Assembly: GCA_050741255.1 (NCBI GenBank)
Contig: JBOIEQ010000003.1
Location: 2,213 to 66,212, forward strand
Direction: 5' to 3'
DNA from: Burkholderiales bacterium
GTDB lineage: Bacteria > Pseudomonadota > Gammaproteobacteria > Burkholderiales > SG8-41
Length of the DNA stretch: 64,000 nt
A program made the position numbers and the translations under genes. Numbering within the stretch: position 1 is the first letter of the stretch; the number at the start of each line of letters is the position of its first letter. The notes below the pieces were generated by a model. It worked only from the letters and a program-made list of their open reading frames with translations. It had not been told where the DNA came from and did no database searches. Shown here one piece after another: positions 1 through 8,702 of the stretch.

Positions 1-910
1 TGCGCTCGGCGCGCATGAATACCTGCGAACCCACGCCCTGGAACATGCGCAGGCCATACGCCAGCTCGAGCCCGAGCATCGGTCCCCACAGCCCCTGGGT
101 TTTCGAGAACTGGTTCATGACGCCGCCGCCGCCGCTCTCGTCGGTGGAGGTGGTGGATTTGGCGCGGCTGTAGGCGAGTCCCGCCATGACGGCGAGTGCC
201 GTGTCCGGCGCCACCGTGAAGCGCATGCCCGCGCCGCCCCGCACGGAGTACTTGATGTCCACCGAGCCGCCGGAATCCAGTCCGGGCGTCGGATGGAAAC
301 TCACGTAGGTCTTGCTTTCATCGGTGTTGTCGCCGATCACACTGGCGAAAAAGAAGACGTTGGCGAGCTGGTTCATGCGGCGCGCGAAGGGATTGACCGT
401 CAGTTCCAGGCCGCCGGTGAAGCCGCCGCCGTTGATGCCGGACGAGGCCGCGCCGAAGGGCGAACTGATACTGTTGTCGCTGTGGGTATAGCTGTAGCCC
501 AGCATGCCGCCCAGCCAGAACATGTTCTGCTGCTGTTGTTGCCTTCCGATGAGCGTGGCCGCGACGAGGGTGGCGACGCCGGTGGCGGTGTCCACGCGAT
601 AGCGGGTGGTTTCGCCATCTTTGACTTCCACGCGCTGGGGCGTGCCAACCTGCTGACCGGCGATGATCGTGCGCAACAGGTAATAGCCGGCGACGCGGTT
701 GCGCCACCACCATAGCCCGCGCCGGCGGTCGCTGTCTTCGTCCTCCTTGAGCTTCTGGCCACTCTTTTCGTCTTCGAGGGTAATGGTGGTCTCCGCGACC
801 TGGGCGCCGGCGCCAGTAACTTCCAAGTTGCCGGTCGCGAACGCGGGTCCCCCGAACAGGAATCCCAGCAGGAGGCCGCAAAGGCCGAGTAAGTGGTGGT
901 GCCGTGTCAT
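1..910 (-). CDS. Exported outer-membrane beta-barrel-like protein; 3' end runs off the left window edge (partial)
   Basis: Absent from the supplied track because there is no stop inside the window. I translated the minus strand by hand from ATG (CAT at 908-910). It reads MTRHHHLLGLCGLLLGFLFGGPAFA/TGNLEVTG, a signal peptide. A short region follows (YYLLRTIIAGQQVGTPQRVEVKDGETTRYRV), then Gly/Ser/aromatic-rich alternating segments (MFWLGGMLGYSYTH, GGFTGGLELTVNPF, DIKYSVRGGAGMRFTV, AGLAYSRA) typical of small OM barrels. The frame stays open to base 2. Confidence 0.6.
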   Translation of the reverse strand, partial: MTRHHHLLGLCGLLLGFLFGGPAFATGNLEVTGAGAQVAETTITLEDEKSGQKLKEDEDSDRRRGLWWWRNRVAGYYLLRTIIAGQQVGTPQRVEVKDGETTRYRVDTATGVATLVAATLIGRQQQQQNMFWLGGMLGYSYTHSDNSISSPFGAASSGINGGGFTGGLELTVNPFARRMNQLANVFFFASVIGDNTDESKTYVSFHPTPGLDSGGSVDIKYSVRGGAGMRFTVAPDTALAVMAGLAYSRAKSTTSTDESGGGGVMNQFSKTQGLWGPMLGLELAYGLRMFQGVGSQVFMRAER

Positions 911-1017
911 GACGCTCCCCTAGCTTGATGGGTCCCGGACGGGACGGGCGGGTGCAGCGGGTGCAACGCGTGAGACCGGTGCGACTTATGCGATGAGCAT
1001 AGCCGCCCGCGGGCGGG

Positions 1018-2415
1018 TCAGCCAAGCTTCAGCACGAATCTGCCCTCTCTTTTCCGGCCGTTGGTGTGCTCGGATACAACACGTACTGTCCAGATTTTTG
1101 CAGTGCGGAAGGTCGACGCCGGGATCTCCGCCAAAATACCCGCCGAAACAGGGGCTTGGAGAGTCGTGCCGACCTTCTGCCAGACACCGGGATTTTCTCC
1201 CTCGCCGATTTCGACGACCGCTTCCTTGAAGCGGTCGGCCGCCGCGGTGCCGCTGACGCGCACGTACTGACCGTCGTCCTTGCGGACTACCCCCAGCGCC
1301 GTGATCCCGGCCTCGACGAAAAACGCCGGATCGGCCGCCAGCGCCGCCTTCGCATCGAGCAGCCCGTAGCCGGTGTTCCCATCCACGCCCGGCTGGTCGA
1401 TGTCGCGGGCGGACTGCAGCAGCATGCGTCGCACCTCGGCCGCAGTCAGGGTCGGGCGTGCGGCGAGGACCAGGGAGGCCACGCCGGTGACGAATGGCGC
1501 GGCGAAAGAGGTGCCGTCCGCGCGGTAGTAGCGGTTCTCCGGCGCGCCGACGAAGTTCGCGCCCGGTTTGTAGCCTTTCACGCCGGCGAACAGCATGAAG
1601 TCGGTCTGCCGCGCGCGCAACGAGAGGATGTCTACTCCGGGTGCCGCGATGTCGATCGCGCCGCCGAAGTTGGAGAAGCCCGCGCGCCGGTCCTGCGGGT
1701 CGGTGGCCGCGACGGTCAACACATTTTCCAGGGAAGCTGGCGAATAGTCCTTCACGTCGCGGCCGTCGTTGCCGGCGGCGGCGATCACCAGGACGCCCTT
1801 GCTCGCGGCGTAATCCACTGCGCGTTTTTCCGACGCCGACAACTGCTGTGACGCAAGACTGAGGTTGATGATTCTCGCGCCGTTCTGGACCGCGTAGTAA
1901 ATCGCCGCCGCCGTGCGCGTGGGATAGTTGCGCCCGATCGAATTCATCACTCGCAGCGGCATGATCTGCACGTTCGGGTTGACCCCCAGCACGCCGGCGC
2001 CGTTCAGCGGCGACGCGACGATGACGCCGGCGACAAACGTGCCATGGCCGGTAAAGTCGAACGGATCGTTGTCGTTGTCGGCAAAGTCCCAGCCGATGAC
2101 GTCGTCCACGTAGCCGTTGCCGTCGTCGTCCTTGCCGTTGACGATTTCCTTCGGATTGCGCCAGACGCTGTCGCCGCGCAGGTCGGGGTGGAAATAATCG
2201 AGTCCGGAATCGATCACGGCGACGATGACGGGCGCGCCCGCGGGTGCCGACGGCGGCGTGGCGCCGAGGCCGATGCGCTTCAGGCCCCACAGATCGTCGT
2301 AGGCCTGGCCCCAAGTGCCGCGGGTGTCGAGGAAGGGCGCCGCGACCAGCGGCAGCGCGCAGGTCAGCAGCAAGACGGCAATGCCGGTCCGGCGCCGGGC
2401 TTCAGGCGTTTTCAT
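1018..2415 (-). CDS. Exported subtilisin-family (S8) serine peptidase with C-terminal extra domain
   Basis: 465 aa. Signal peptide MKTPEARRRTGIAVLLLTCALPLVAAPF. Asp/His/Ser triad motifs VAVIDSGLDYFHPDL, HGTFVAGVI and GTSFAAPFVTGVASL. The ATG overlaps the upstream stop (ATGA at 2412-2415). Confidence 0.9.
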   Translation of the reverse strand: MKTPEARRRTGIAVLLLTCALPLVAAPFLDTRGTWGQAYDDLWGLKRIGLGATPPSAPAGAPVIVAVIDSGLDYFHPDLRGDSVWRNPKEIVNGKDDDGNGYVDDVIGWDFADNDNDPFDFTGHGTFVAGVIVASPLNGAGVLGVNPNVQIMPLRVMNSIGRNYPTRTAAAIYYAVQNGARIINLSLASQQLSASEKRAVDYAASKGVLVIAAAGNDGRDVKDYSPASLENVLTVAATDPQDRRAGFSNFGGAIDIAAPGVDILSLRARQTDFMLFAGVKGYKPGANFVGAPENRYYRADGTSFAAPFVTGVASLVLAARPTLTAAEVRRMLLQSARDIDQPGVDGNTGYGLLDAKAALAADPAFFVEAGITALGVVRKDDGQYVRVSGTAAADRFKEAVVEIGEGENPGVWQKVGTTLQAPVSAGILAEIPASTFRTAKIWTVRVVSEHTNGRKREGRFVLKLG

Positions 2416-5400
2416 CGACTGCCCTGCCCGGTCTCGCGCTGCTGTTGTGCGCGATTCACGGTGACGTTGTTCGGCTTGCCGAAATCGAGCGGCGGCGGTT
2501 GCTTCGCGGCCGTATCGCTTTTCGGGCCCGATGCAGCCACCGGTGGCCCGGGATGGCGGGGGATGCTGAAGCGCGTTTCTTCGCAGACCTGGATGACCGA
2601 CACGGTGCCGCAGCTTCCGCCGCTGTTGACGACGGTACCCGGCGGCGTAGGCTCAAGCGGAATCTGCTCCGCAATCGCCTTTGCCTGCTGCAGGGCCGGA
2701 CCGGGATCCATTCTCTCGGCGCCGATCAGACGCAGATACTCATCCTTCTCCACGAACGCGCGCAGCGACTGCAAGTACGCGCGCTGTTCGCCGGCGAGCC
2801 GCTTGTTGCAGTCCTCGAGCCGCTTCTGCAGTTGCGCGATCTCGTCGAGCGCCTTCTGGATGCGGGGCTCGATGGCACGCAGTTTGGCCAGCCGCGCGCG
2901 GGCATCGACCATGCGGGGGCCGGTCGCTTCGCGACCGTTATAAAAACGCGCGTTATCCGCGTTGTTGGGCGGCGATGCATTCTCGCCGTGCTTCGCACGG
3001 TACTGCAGAAAGTATTCACGGTCACGGGCCATCTCGTCGAGGTTCGTGGCCAGGTCTTTTTCGGTGCCGAGGTGCGCACGGCTGACGCGCATTTCATCGA
3101 TCGCGCGGTGCAGTGCCTCGATGCGGGCGCGGCAGCGGTCGATGCATTTTTCGGTGCTCTTCAAATCGTCCGTGGTCTGTTTCAGGCGGTCGTTTTCGGC
3201 GCGCGTGCCGTTGTAGCGGTTGACCGCATCCGCATCCAGCTTTGACGGCGAAGCGCTCGGCTGCGGACCGCTGGCGGCCGTTTCCGCAGGCACGCGCTCA
3301 CCCGTCAGGTCGACGGTGAAATCGTTGATGTCGCGGATCGTCTGGCCGGTCAGATTCTGGCGCGTCTGTATGGTTTTCAGATCCTGCACCATGTTCTCGA
3401 CGCCCTTGGCATACATGCTGACGAACTCGCCGATGCCTGGCACCTTGCCGGCGATGCCGCCGACGAGATTGAGATACATCGAGAGCGCCTGGGCCGCCTG
3501 CACCGGGTCTTCGCGGCCGCGCTGCGCGGTGTCGAGGAACTCGATGATTTCGCCCGCCTTGCTGATGAGGCCTTCGATCTTTTCTTTCTGCTTGAAGCCT
3601 TTCTCGATGCCGTCGAGTACGCCGCCGAGTTTTTCGAACTTGCCGCCGCGCAGGCCGTTGATCTCGCTGATGAGGCCCTTGACGTCCGATTCCTCGACCG
3701 GCAGGCCGTTCTCATGCTTGTAGTTCAGGTACTCAAGCCGGGTGAGCAGGTTGAAGGCGTTCTGCCCGTACTCCACGCCCTCCTGCACGCGATCGGAATC
3801 GACGGTCTTGAACGAACCGAGGGCGATGCGCTGCGAGAGCGGCAGCGTGCCGCCACCCGCCGGGCAGGCGGAGGCGGGGATCTGGAAACGGCCGCCCGTC
3901 GGCGTCTGCACGCTGGGGCCGCGCGCGTCCTGCGGCTGCCACGGCCGGCCGGTGCCGTCCAGGAAGTTGATGACGTTGCCGTCGGCGTTCGCCGCGCGGT
4001 CGATGACCACGGGCTGCGCGAAGCTCTTGCCCTGCGCGACCTGCGTCTCGACCGGGTTGCGTCCCACCGAACGGACGGCTGACCCGGTGGGCTTGCGGCC
4101 CGGCGCTTCCGGTGCCATCTTGCTGCAGTCCTTTTCCTCGTCGGTCTTGTTGCCTGCGCCCGGCGCCATGCAGGCGTTCCCGCTCTGAGCGCTCTCTCCT
4201 TCAGCACCGCCGCCCGCCCCTTCCGGCACTCGAGTGGCATTGCGAAGGGTGCCGCCGGCGGCCTCGTTGGCGGCGGCCAGGTCCTGGAGTGACCTGGCGG
4301 TCACGTTGCAAGCGGTTATGTCGATGGGGTTCCACACGGCGAATAGCCCTTTGTTCTTGCTGCACAACTCTTGACACTCGCGCACCGCTGCTTCCCACGC
4401 GGACAGCGGGCCTGTCATTTCCTGCCATTCCTTGAACAACTCAGCGTGGCGCGCACGTTCCGCAGCCTGCTTGTCGCCGGCCGTGGTCTTCAAGTTCGTG
4501 TCGATGGTGTCCAGCTGGACCGCCAGCGCGTTCATGCGGAGCGCAATGGCGTTGTGCGTGTCCTCCCGGCGCCGGCACTCGATGTTTTCGCAGATGCCCG
4601 TCACGAAGCGCTTCATCGGCGCCTTTTGCAGAGGCGGGTAACGGCTGATGTCTTCCCGTTTCACAAGCGTATTCCCGTCCTCGTCCTGGAACTGCCAGAA
4701 ATAGGCGTTGCCCTGGGTGTTGAACTGGGCATAGCTGCGTCGCACGCCGCCGCCGGCTGCGGTGTACGTGAGGATGACGGGCAGGCCGTTTGCGTCCAGA
4801 CCCTCTTGATAACGTTTATTCGTGTCGTCCCGGTCGATGCCGTACTTCTTCTCCTGTTCGTCGATCCACAGCATCGACCGGCCCGCCGGCGTGAGCATGT
4901 AGCCCTGCGTGTTGCCGTTGGCGTCGAACCTGATGAAGTGGGTCAGCAGGTAGTAGGTCTCCAGCTTGCCTTTGAGCTCGAACCACTGCACGGCGCCGAT
5001 GATCTTGCCGTCATCGGAGTAGATAAACAGGGGTTCGGCGTAGTGAGCCTTGGTGCCCTCGTGCGGCTTGTTGTCGAGATAGGTCTTCACCTTCTGTTTG
5101 TACGCGGCATTCTCGGCGGCGTGCTTTTCCCGGTTGTCATAACCCGACTTGGAGGAGGCATCCTCAAAAGGTTTGCGGAGCGCCTTGTCGAATTCCTCCT
5201 GCGACATTCCCGGCGGCCGCGGCGGATCGTCCTTGTCCAGCCCGCTGCCGTCTTTGACGCCCTGTGGCGGCGTCTTCGCATCCTTGGTGTAGGACCCGTC
5301 TGGTGCGCTGACTGTCGCATCCCCGCCCTCGTTGGAGACCGTATGCGTGTCCTTCTTTGCATCGGTGTACTGGCCGTCCGCACGTCCGGGGCAGTCGCCT

Positions 5401-5891
5401 TCGCAGAGCCGGGCGTCAAATTCGGAACCCCGAATGCCTATGGTGGAAATGGCCGTATTCAGCCGGTAAGCACCGGTGTTTCCGCGTTTACCGATCTGGC
5501 CGGTGATGGCGCGCAGGCTGCCTTTCAGCAACCGGTAGACGAAGGAGTCGCGTTCAGCGCGGTCCTTCTCGAAGACATAGGCCTCGATCAGCACCCGCCC
5601 GTTGGGCCGGAGAAACACTTCCGCCCCATCGACGAACCGGATGTTGGCGTAAGCGCCGGCGTCGGTCGTGACGGTGTCTCCGTTGGCGACCGGGGTGCCC
5701 TTTTCCGCGCGTTTGAGTTCGCTGCCTGTGGTCTGGACGAAGACGCTGCCGACGACGTGATCGAGCGCGCCGACCGGTCCGCCCTGCGCCCAGAGGGCGC
5801 CGGCGACGAGGAGACCGCCCACGGCCAGCAGCCAGCGCGCGAACGCCGCGCTGATGGTGCCCCGTGTGTTGCGGCGCTGCCCCTTGCCCAT
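2412..5891 (-). CDS. Large exported FecR-domain protein (1159 aa from ATG 5891) with about 1000 aa of uncharacterised Cys-paired/coiled-coil extension
   Basis: Track ORF is 2412..6143. I place the start at the internal ATG (CAT 5889-5891) because GGGAGGGG lies just upstream on the minus strand and a hydrophobic anchor follows (ISAAFARWLLAVGGLLVAGALWAQG). FecR-like region: VGSVFVQTTGSELKRAEKGTPVANGDTVTTDAGAYANIRFVDGAEVFLRPNGRVLIE...LLKGSLRAITG...IGIRGSEFDARL. I recognise no motif in the rest. Confidence 0.75.
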   Translation of the reverse strand: MGKGQRRNTRGTISAAFARWLLAVGGLLVAGALWAQGGPVGALDHVVGSVFVQTTGSELKRAEKGTPVANGDTVTTDAGAYANIRFVDGAEVFLRPNGRVLIEAYVFEKDRAERDSFVYRLLKGSLRAITGQIGKRGNTGAYRLNTAISTIGIRGSEFDARLCEGDCPGRADGQYTDAKKDTHTVSNEGGDATVSAPDGSYTKDAKTPPQGVKDGSGLDKDDPPRPPGMSQEEFDKALRKPFEDASSKSGYDNREKHAAENAAYKQKVKTYLDNKPHEGTKAHYAEPLFIYSDDGKIIGAVQWFELKGKLETYYLLTHFIRFDANGNTQGYMLTPAGRSMLWIDEQEKKYGIDRDDTNKRYQEGLDANGLPVILTYTAAGGGVRRSYAQFNTQGNAYFWQFQDEDGNTLVKREDISRYPPLQKAPMKRFVTGICENIECRRREDTHNAIALRMNALAVQLDTIDTNLKTTAGDKQAAERARHAELFKEWQEMTGPLSAWEAAVRECQELCSKNKGLFAVWNPIDITACNVTARSLQDLAAANEAAGGTLRNATRVPEGAGGGAEGESAQSGNACMAPGAGNKTDEEKDCSKMAPEAPGRKPTGSAVRSVGRNPVETQVAQGKSFAQPVVIDRAANADGNVINFLDGTGRPWQPQDARGPSVQTPTGGRFQIPASACPAGGGTLPLSQRIALGSFKTVDSDRVQEGVEYGQNAFNLLTRLEYLNYKHENGLPVEESDVKGLISEINGLRGGKFEKLGGVLDGIEKGFKQKEKIEGLISKAGEIIEFLDTAQRGREDPVQAAQALSMYLNLVGGIAGKVPGIGEFVSMYAKGVENMVQDLKTIQTRQNLTGQTIRDINDFTVDLTGERVPAETAASGPQPSASPSKLDADAVNRYNGTRAENDRLKQTTDDLKSTEKCIDRCRARIEALHRAIDEMRVSRAHLGTEKDLATNLDEMARDREYFLQYRAKHGENASPPNNADNARFYNGREATGPRMVDARARLAKLRAIEPRIQKALDEIAQLQKRLEDCNKRLAGEQRAYLQSLRAFVEKDEYLRLIGAERMDPGPALQQAKAIAEQIPLEPTPPGTVVNSGGSCGTVSVIQVCEETRFSIPRHPGPPVAASGPKSDTAAKQPPPLDFGKPNNVTVNRAQQQRETGQGSR

Positions 5892-6018
5892 GGCCCCTCC
5901 CGGCCGGGAAAGAGCGCGCAATCTAGCACGCCGCGAATTACCCCTCCAATCCCGCGCCGTGGATAATCGGGCCTGCGCGGATTCCTCCCGTCGCCCATCC
6001 ATCGGCCGCCCTCCAGAC

Positions 6019-8145
6019 GTGAGCACATCCAAGACCGCGAAACGGCGTCCGGCAGCCGCGGCCGAAACGCCGGCGGCGCCGGAAACAGGACCGCTCGCCC
6101 GGGTGCCCAAGGGCACGCGCGACAAGCTGGCCAAGCTCGGCATCCGCCGCGCCTTCGACCTCGTCCTCCACCTGCCGCTGCGCTACGATGACGAGACCGA
6201 ACTGCACACCATCCGCGCCGCGCCTCACGGCCGCCACGTGCTCGTCGAGGGCACGGTCACCGACAACGCGGTGAAGTACCGCCCGCGCCGCCAGTTGCTG
6301 GTGACGATCGAGGACGCGAGCGGAGTGGTGATCGCGCGCTTCCTCAACTTCTACCCGAGCCAGGCCAGGCAGCTCGCCCCTGGCGCGCGGGTGCGCCTGT
6401 TCGGCGAAATCCGGCAGGGCTTTTTCGGCGCGGAGATGGTGCACCCGCGCTATCGCATGGTCAGCGAAGACACACCGGTGCCGGAGACGCTGACGCCGGT
6501 GTATCCAACCACCGCGGGGCTCGGTCAGTACCCGCTGCGCAAGCTGATCGAGCAGGCCGTGCGGGAAGAAGCGCTCGACGACACGCTGCCCGCACCATTG
6601 CTGGCGCAACTGGAATTGCCCGCTTTTCAGGACGCGGTGCGTGCCCTGCACTACCCGCCGCCCGACGCCAGCGCGCCGGCGCTCGAGGCGCGCACCACGG
6701 CCGCGTGGCGCCGGGTCAAGTTCGATGAATTGCTCGCGCAGCAGTTGTCGATGCGCCGGCACCGCGAACACCGGCGGCGCGTGCGCGCGCCGGTACTGCG
6801 CAACGCCGATGGTGATCACACTCGCGCGCTGCTGGCCGCGCTGCCATTTACGCTCACCGCCGCGCAACAGCGGGCATGGGGCGAGATCGCGCACGATCTG
6901 GCCGTGCCGCACCCGATGCAGCGCCTGCTACAGGGCGACGTCGGCAGCGGCAAGACGGTGGTGGCCGCGCTCGCCTGCCTGCGCGCCGTCGAGGCCGGTT
7001 ATCAGGCGGCCGTGATGGCGCCGACCGAAATTCTCACCGGCCAGCACTACGCCAAGTTCGCCGCGTGGCTGGAACCGCTCGGCATCCGCGTCGCCTGGCT
7101 GTCGGGCGCGGCGCCCGTGCGCGAGAAGCGCGCCGCGCTCGCGGCGGTGGCCAGCGGCGAGGCGCAGGTGGCGGTCGGCACTCACGCGCTGTTCCAGGAC
7201 AAGGTGGAATTCGCGAAGCTGGGGCTGGCCGTCATCGACGAACAGCACCGCTTCGGCGTCCACCAGCGGCTTGCGTTGCGCGCGAAGGGTTCAGCCGGCG
7301 CGGTACAACCGCACCAGCTGATGATGAGCGCCACGCCGATCCCGCGCACGCTGGCGATGAGTTATTACGCCGATCTCGACGTCTCCGCGATCGACGAACT
7401 GCCGCCCGGTCGCACGCCGGTGGCGACGCGTTTGGTGTCCAACGCACGCCGTCCGGAAGTGCTCCAGCGCGTGCGCGATGCCTGCCTCGGCGGCGCGCAG
7501 GCGTACTGGGTCTGCCCGCTGATCGAGGAATCCGAAACGCTGCAGCTCGAAACCGCGCTGGCGACCCACGCGCATCTGCAGGAGACCTTCCCGGAACTCC
7601 GGGTGGGGCTGGTGCACGGGCGCCTGCCCGCCGCGGAGAAAGCGGCGGTGATGCAGGCTTTCCAGTCCGGCGCGCTGCAGTTGCTGGTCGCCACCACGGT
7701 GATCGAGGTCGGCGTGGACGTGCCCAACGCGAGCCTGATGGTGATCGAGAACGCCGAGCGCATGGGGCTCTCGCAACTGCACCAGCTGCGCGGACGGGTC
7801 GGCCGCGGCGCTACGGCCAGCGCCTGCATCCTGCTCTACCAGAATCCGCTCACGCCGATGGCGCGCGAGCGGCTAAAGATCGTGTTCGAGAACATCGACG
7901 GCTTCGAGGTCGCGCGCCACGACCTGCGCCTGCGCGGGCCGGGCGAACTGCTGGGCGCCCGCCAGAGCGGGGTGCCGATGCTGCGCTTCGCGGATCCCGA
8001 AGCCGATCTCGACCTGCTGGAGGCGGCCCGCGCGGCGGCGGTCAGCCTGCTCGCGGCGGGCGGCAGCGGGCGGACGCGCGCCGACGACGCGGAACGGCAC
8101 CTCGAACGCTGGCTCGGCAGCCGCGAGGAACTGTTGCGGGCGTGA
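6019..8145 (+). CDS. recG: ATP-dependent DNA helicase RecG
   Basis: Walker A GDVGSGKT, motif II VIDEQHRFGV, HQLRGRVGRG, and the wedge-domain region LPLRYDDET. The track ORF starts at 5854, but that would overlap the divergent gene start. In-frame GTG at 6019 gives 708 aa. The start remains uncertain. Confidence 0.88.
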   Translation: MSTSKTAKRRPAAAAETPAAPETGPLARVPKGTRDKLAKLGIRRAFDLVLHLPLRYDDETELHTIRAAPHGRHVLVEGTVTDNAVKYRPRRQLLVTIEDASGVVIARFLNFYPSQARQLAPGARVRLFGEIRQGFFGAEMVHPRYRMVSEDTPVPETLTPVYPTTAGLGQYPLRKLIEQAVREEALDDTLPAPLLAQLELPAFQDAVRALHYPPPDASAPALEARTTAAWRRVKFDELLAQQLSMRRHREHRRRVRAPVLRNADGDHTRALLAALPFTLTAAQQRAWGEIAHDLAVPHPMQRLLQGDVGSGKTVVAALACLRAVEAGYQAAVMAPTEILTGQHYAKFAAWLEPLGIRVAWLSGAAPVREKRAALAAVASGEAQVAVGTHALFQDKVEFAKLGLAVIDEQHRFGVHQRLALRAKGSAGAVQPHQLMMSATPIPRTLAMSYYADLDVSAIDELPPGRTPVATRLVSNARRPEVLQRVRDACLGGAQAYWVCPLIEESETLQLETALATHAHLQETFPELRVGLVHGRLPAAEKAAVMQAFQSGALQLLVATTVIEVGVDVPNASLMVIENAERMGLSQLHQLRGRVGRGATASACILLYQNPLTPMARERLKIVFENIDGFEVARHDLRLRGPGELLGARQSGVPMLRFADPEADLDLLEAARAAAVSLLAAGGSGRTRADDAERHLERWLGSREELLRA

Positions 8146-8162
8146 TGCGATAATCGTCCGTC

Positions 8163-8702
8163 ATGAACCTGCGGGACTTCCTGTGGCAACCCTCACCGCC
8201 CTGCTGGGACGCCCGGCTGCGGCGGTGGCTGATCGACCGCGGCTCGCTGACGCGCCGCCTGCAGTCGCGCTGCCGGCGGTTCGCGGTGGAAGTCGTGGCG
8301 CAGCGCCCCATGGCGGCCACCTACGATGAAGGCCTGCTCCTCGGCATTGCGCGCCCGCAACAGGCGCTGGTGCGCGAAGTGCGGCTGATGTGCGACGGCC
8401 GTCCGGTCGTGTTCGCGCGTTCGGTGCTGGCGCGGGCGAGCCTGCAGGGGCCGTGGCGGATGGTCGGTGGCCTGGGCACCCGGCCGCTGGGGGCGGCTGT
8501 CTTCGCCGACCCCACCGTGACGCGCCGGCCGTTGCATTACACGCGCGTCGGCACCTGGCATGCCCTGCACCGCCGCGTGACCGCCGCGCTCGGCGTGGAA
8601 GTCCCGGGGCTGTGGGCGCGCCGCTCCCTGTTCGTGCGGGCGCGCCAGCCCCTGCTGGTGACCGAAGTCTTCCTGCCCGCGCTGCTCGCGCTCGCGCCAT
8701 GA
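8163..8702 (+). CDS. ubiC: Chorismate pyruvate-lyase
   Basis: 179 aa. WLIDRGSLTRRL, REVRLMCDGRPVVFARSVL and GTRPLGAAVFADP are typical of UbiC. The stop overlaps the ubiA start (ATGA). Confidence 0.8.
   Translation: MNLRDFLWQPSPPCWDARLRRWLIDRGSLTRRLQSRCRRFAVEVVAQRPMAATYDEGLLLGIARPQQALVREVRLMCDGRPVVFARSVLARASLQGPWRMVGGLGTRPLGAAVFADPTVTRRPLHYTRVGTWHALHRRVTAALGVEVPGLWARRSLFVRARQPLLVTEVFLPALLALAP

Noticed and set aside
986-2314. 442-aa minus-strand ORF, plus overlapping plus-strand ORFs 1066..1851 and 2044..2943, across the S8 peptidase gene
   Set aside because: They are out of frame with or antisense to a gene with a clear Asp/His/Ser triad. Their composition is extremely Arg/Gly/Pro-rich, with no motifs.
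5892-6143. 84-codon N-terminal extension of the giant ORF (track start 6143) and the recG extension from 5854
   Set aside because: The two extensions overlap each other on opposite strands. The extension peptides are Arg/Ala/Ser-rich and lack signal features. The internal ATG at 5891 has a strong Shine-Dalgarno and is followed at once by the membrane anchor.
8390-8698. N-terminal 103-aa extension of ubiA
   Set aside because: It overlaps ubiC in another frame, and the UbiA homology begins at MTLQQRLNAYEKLMRLDKP (ATG 8699).
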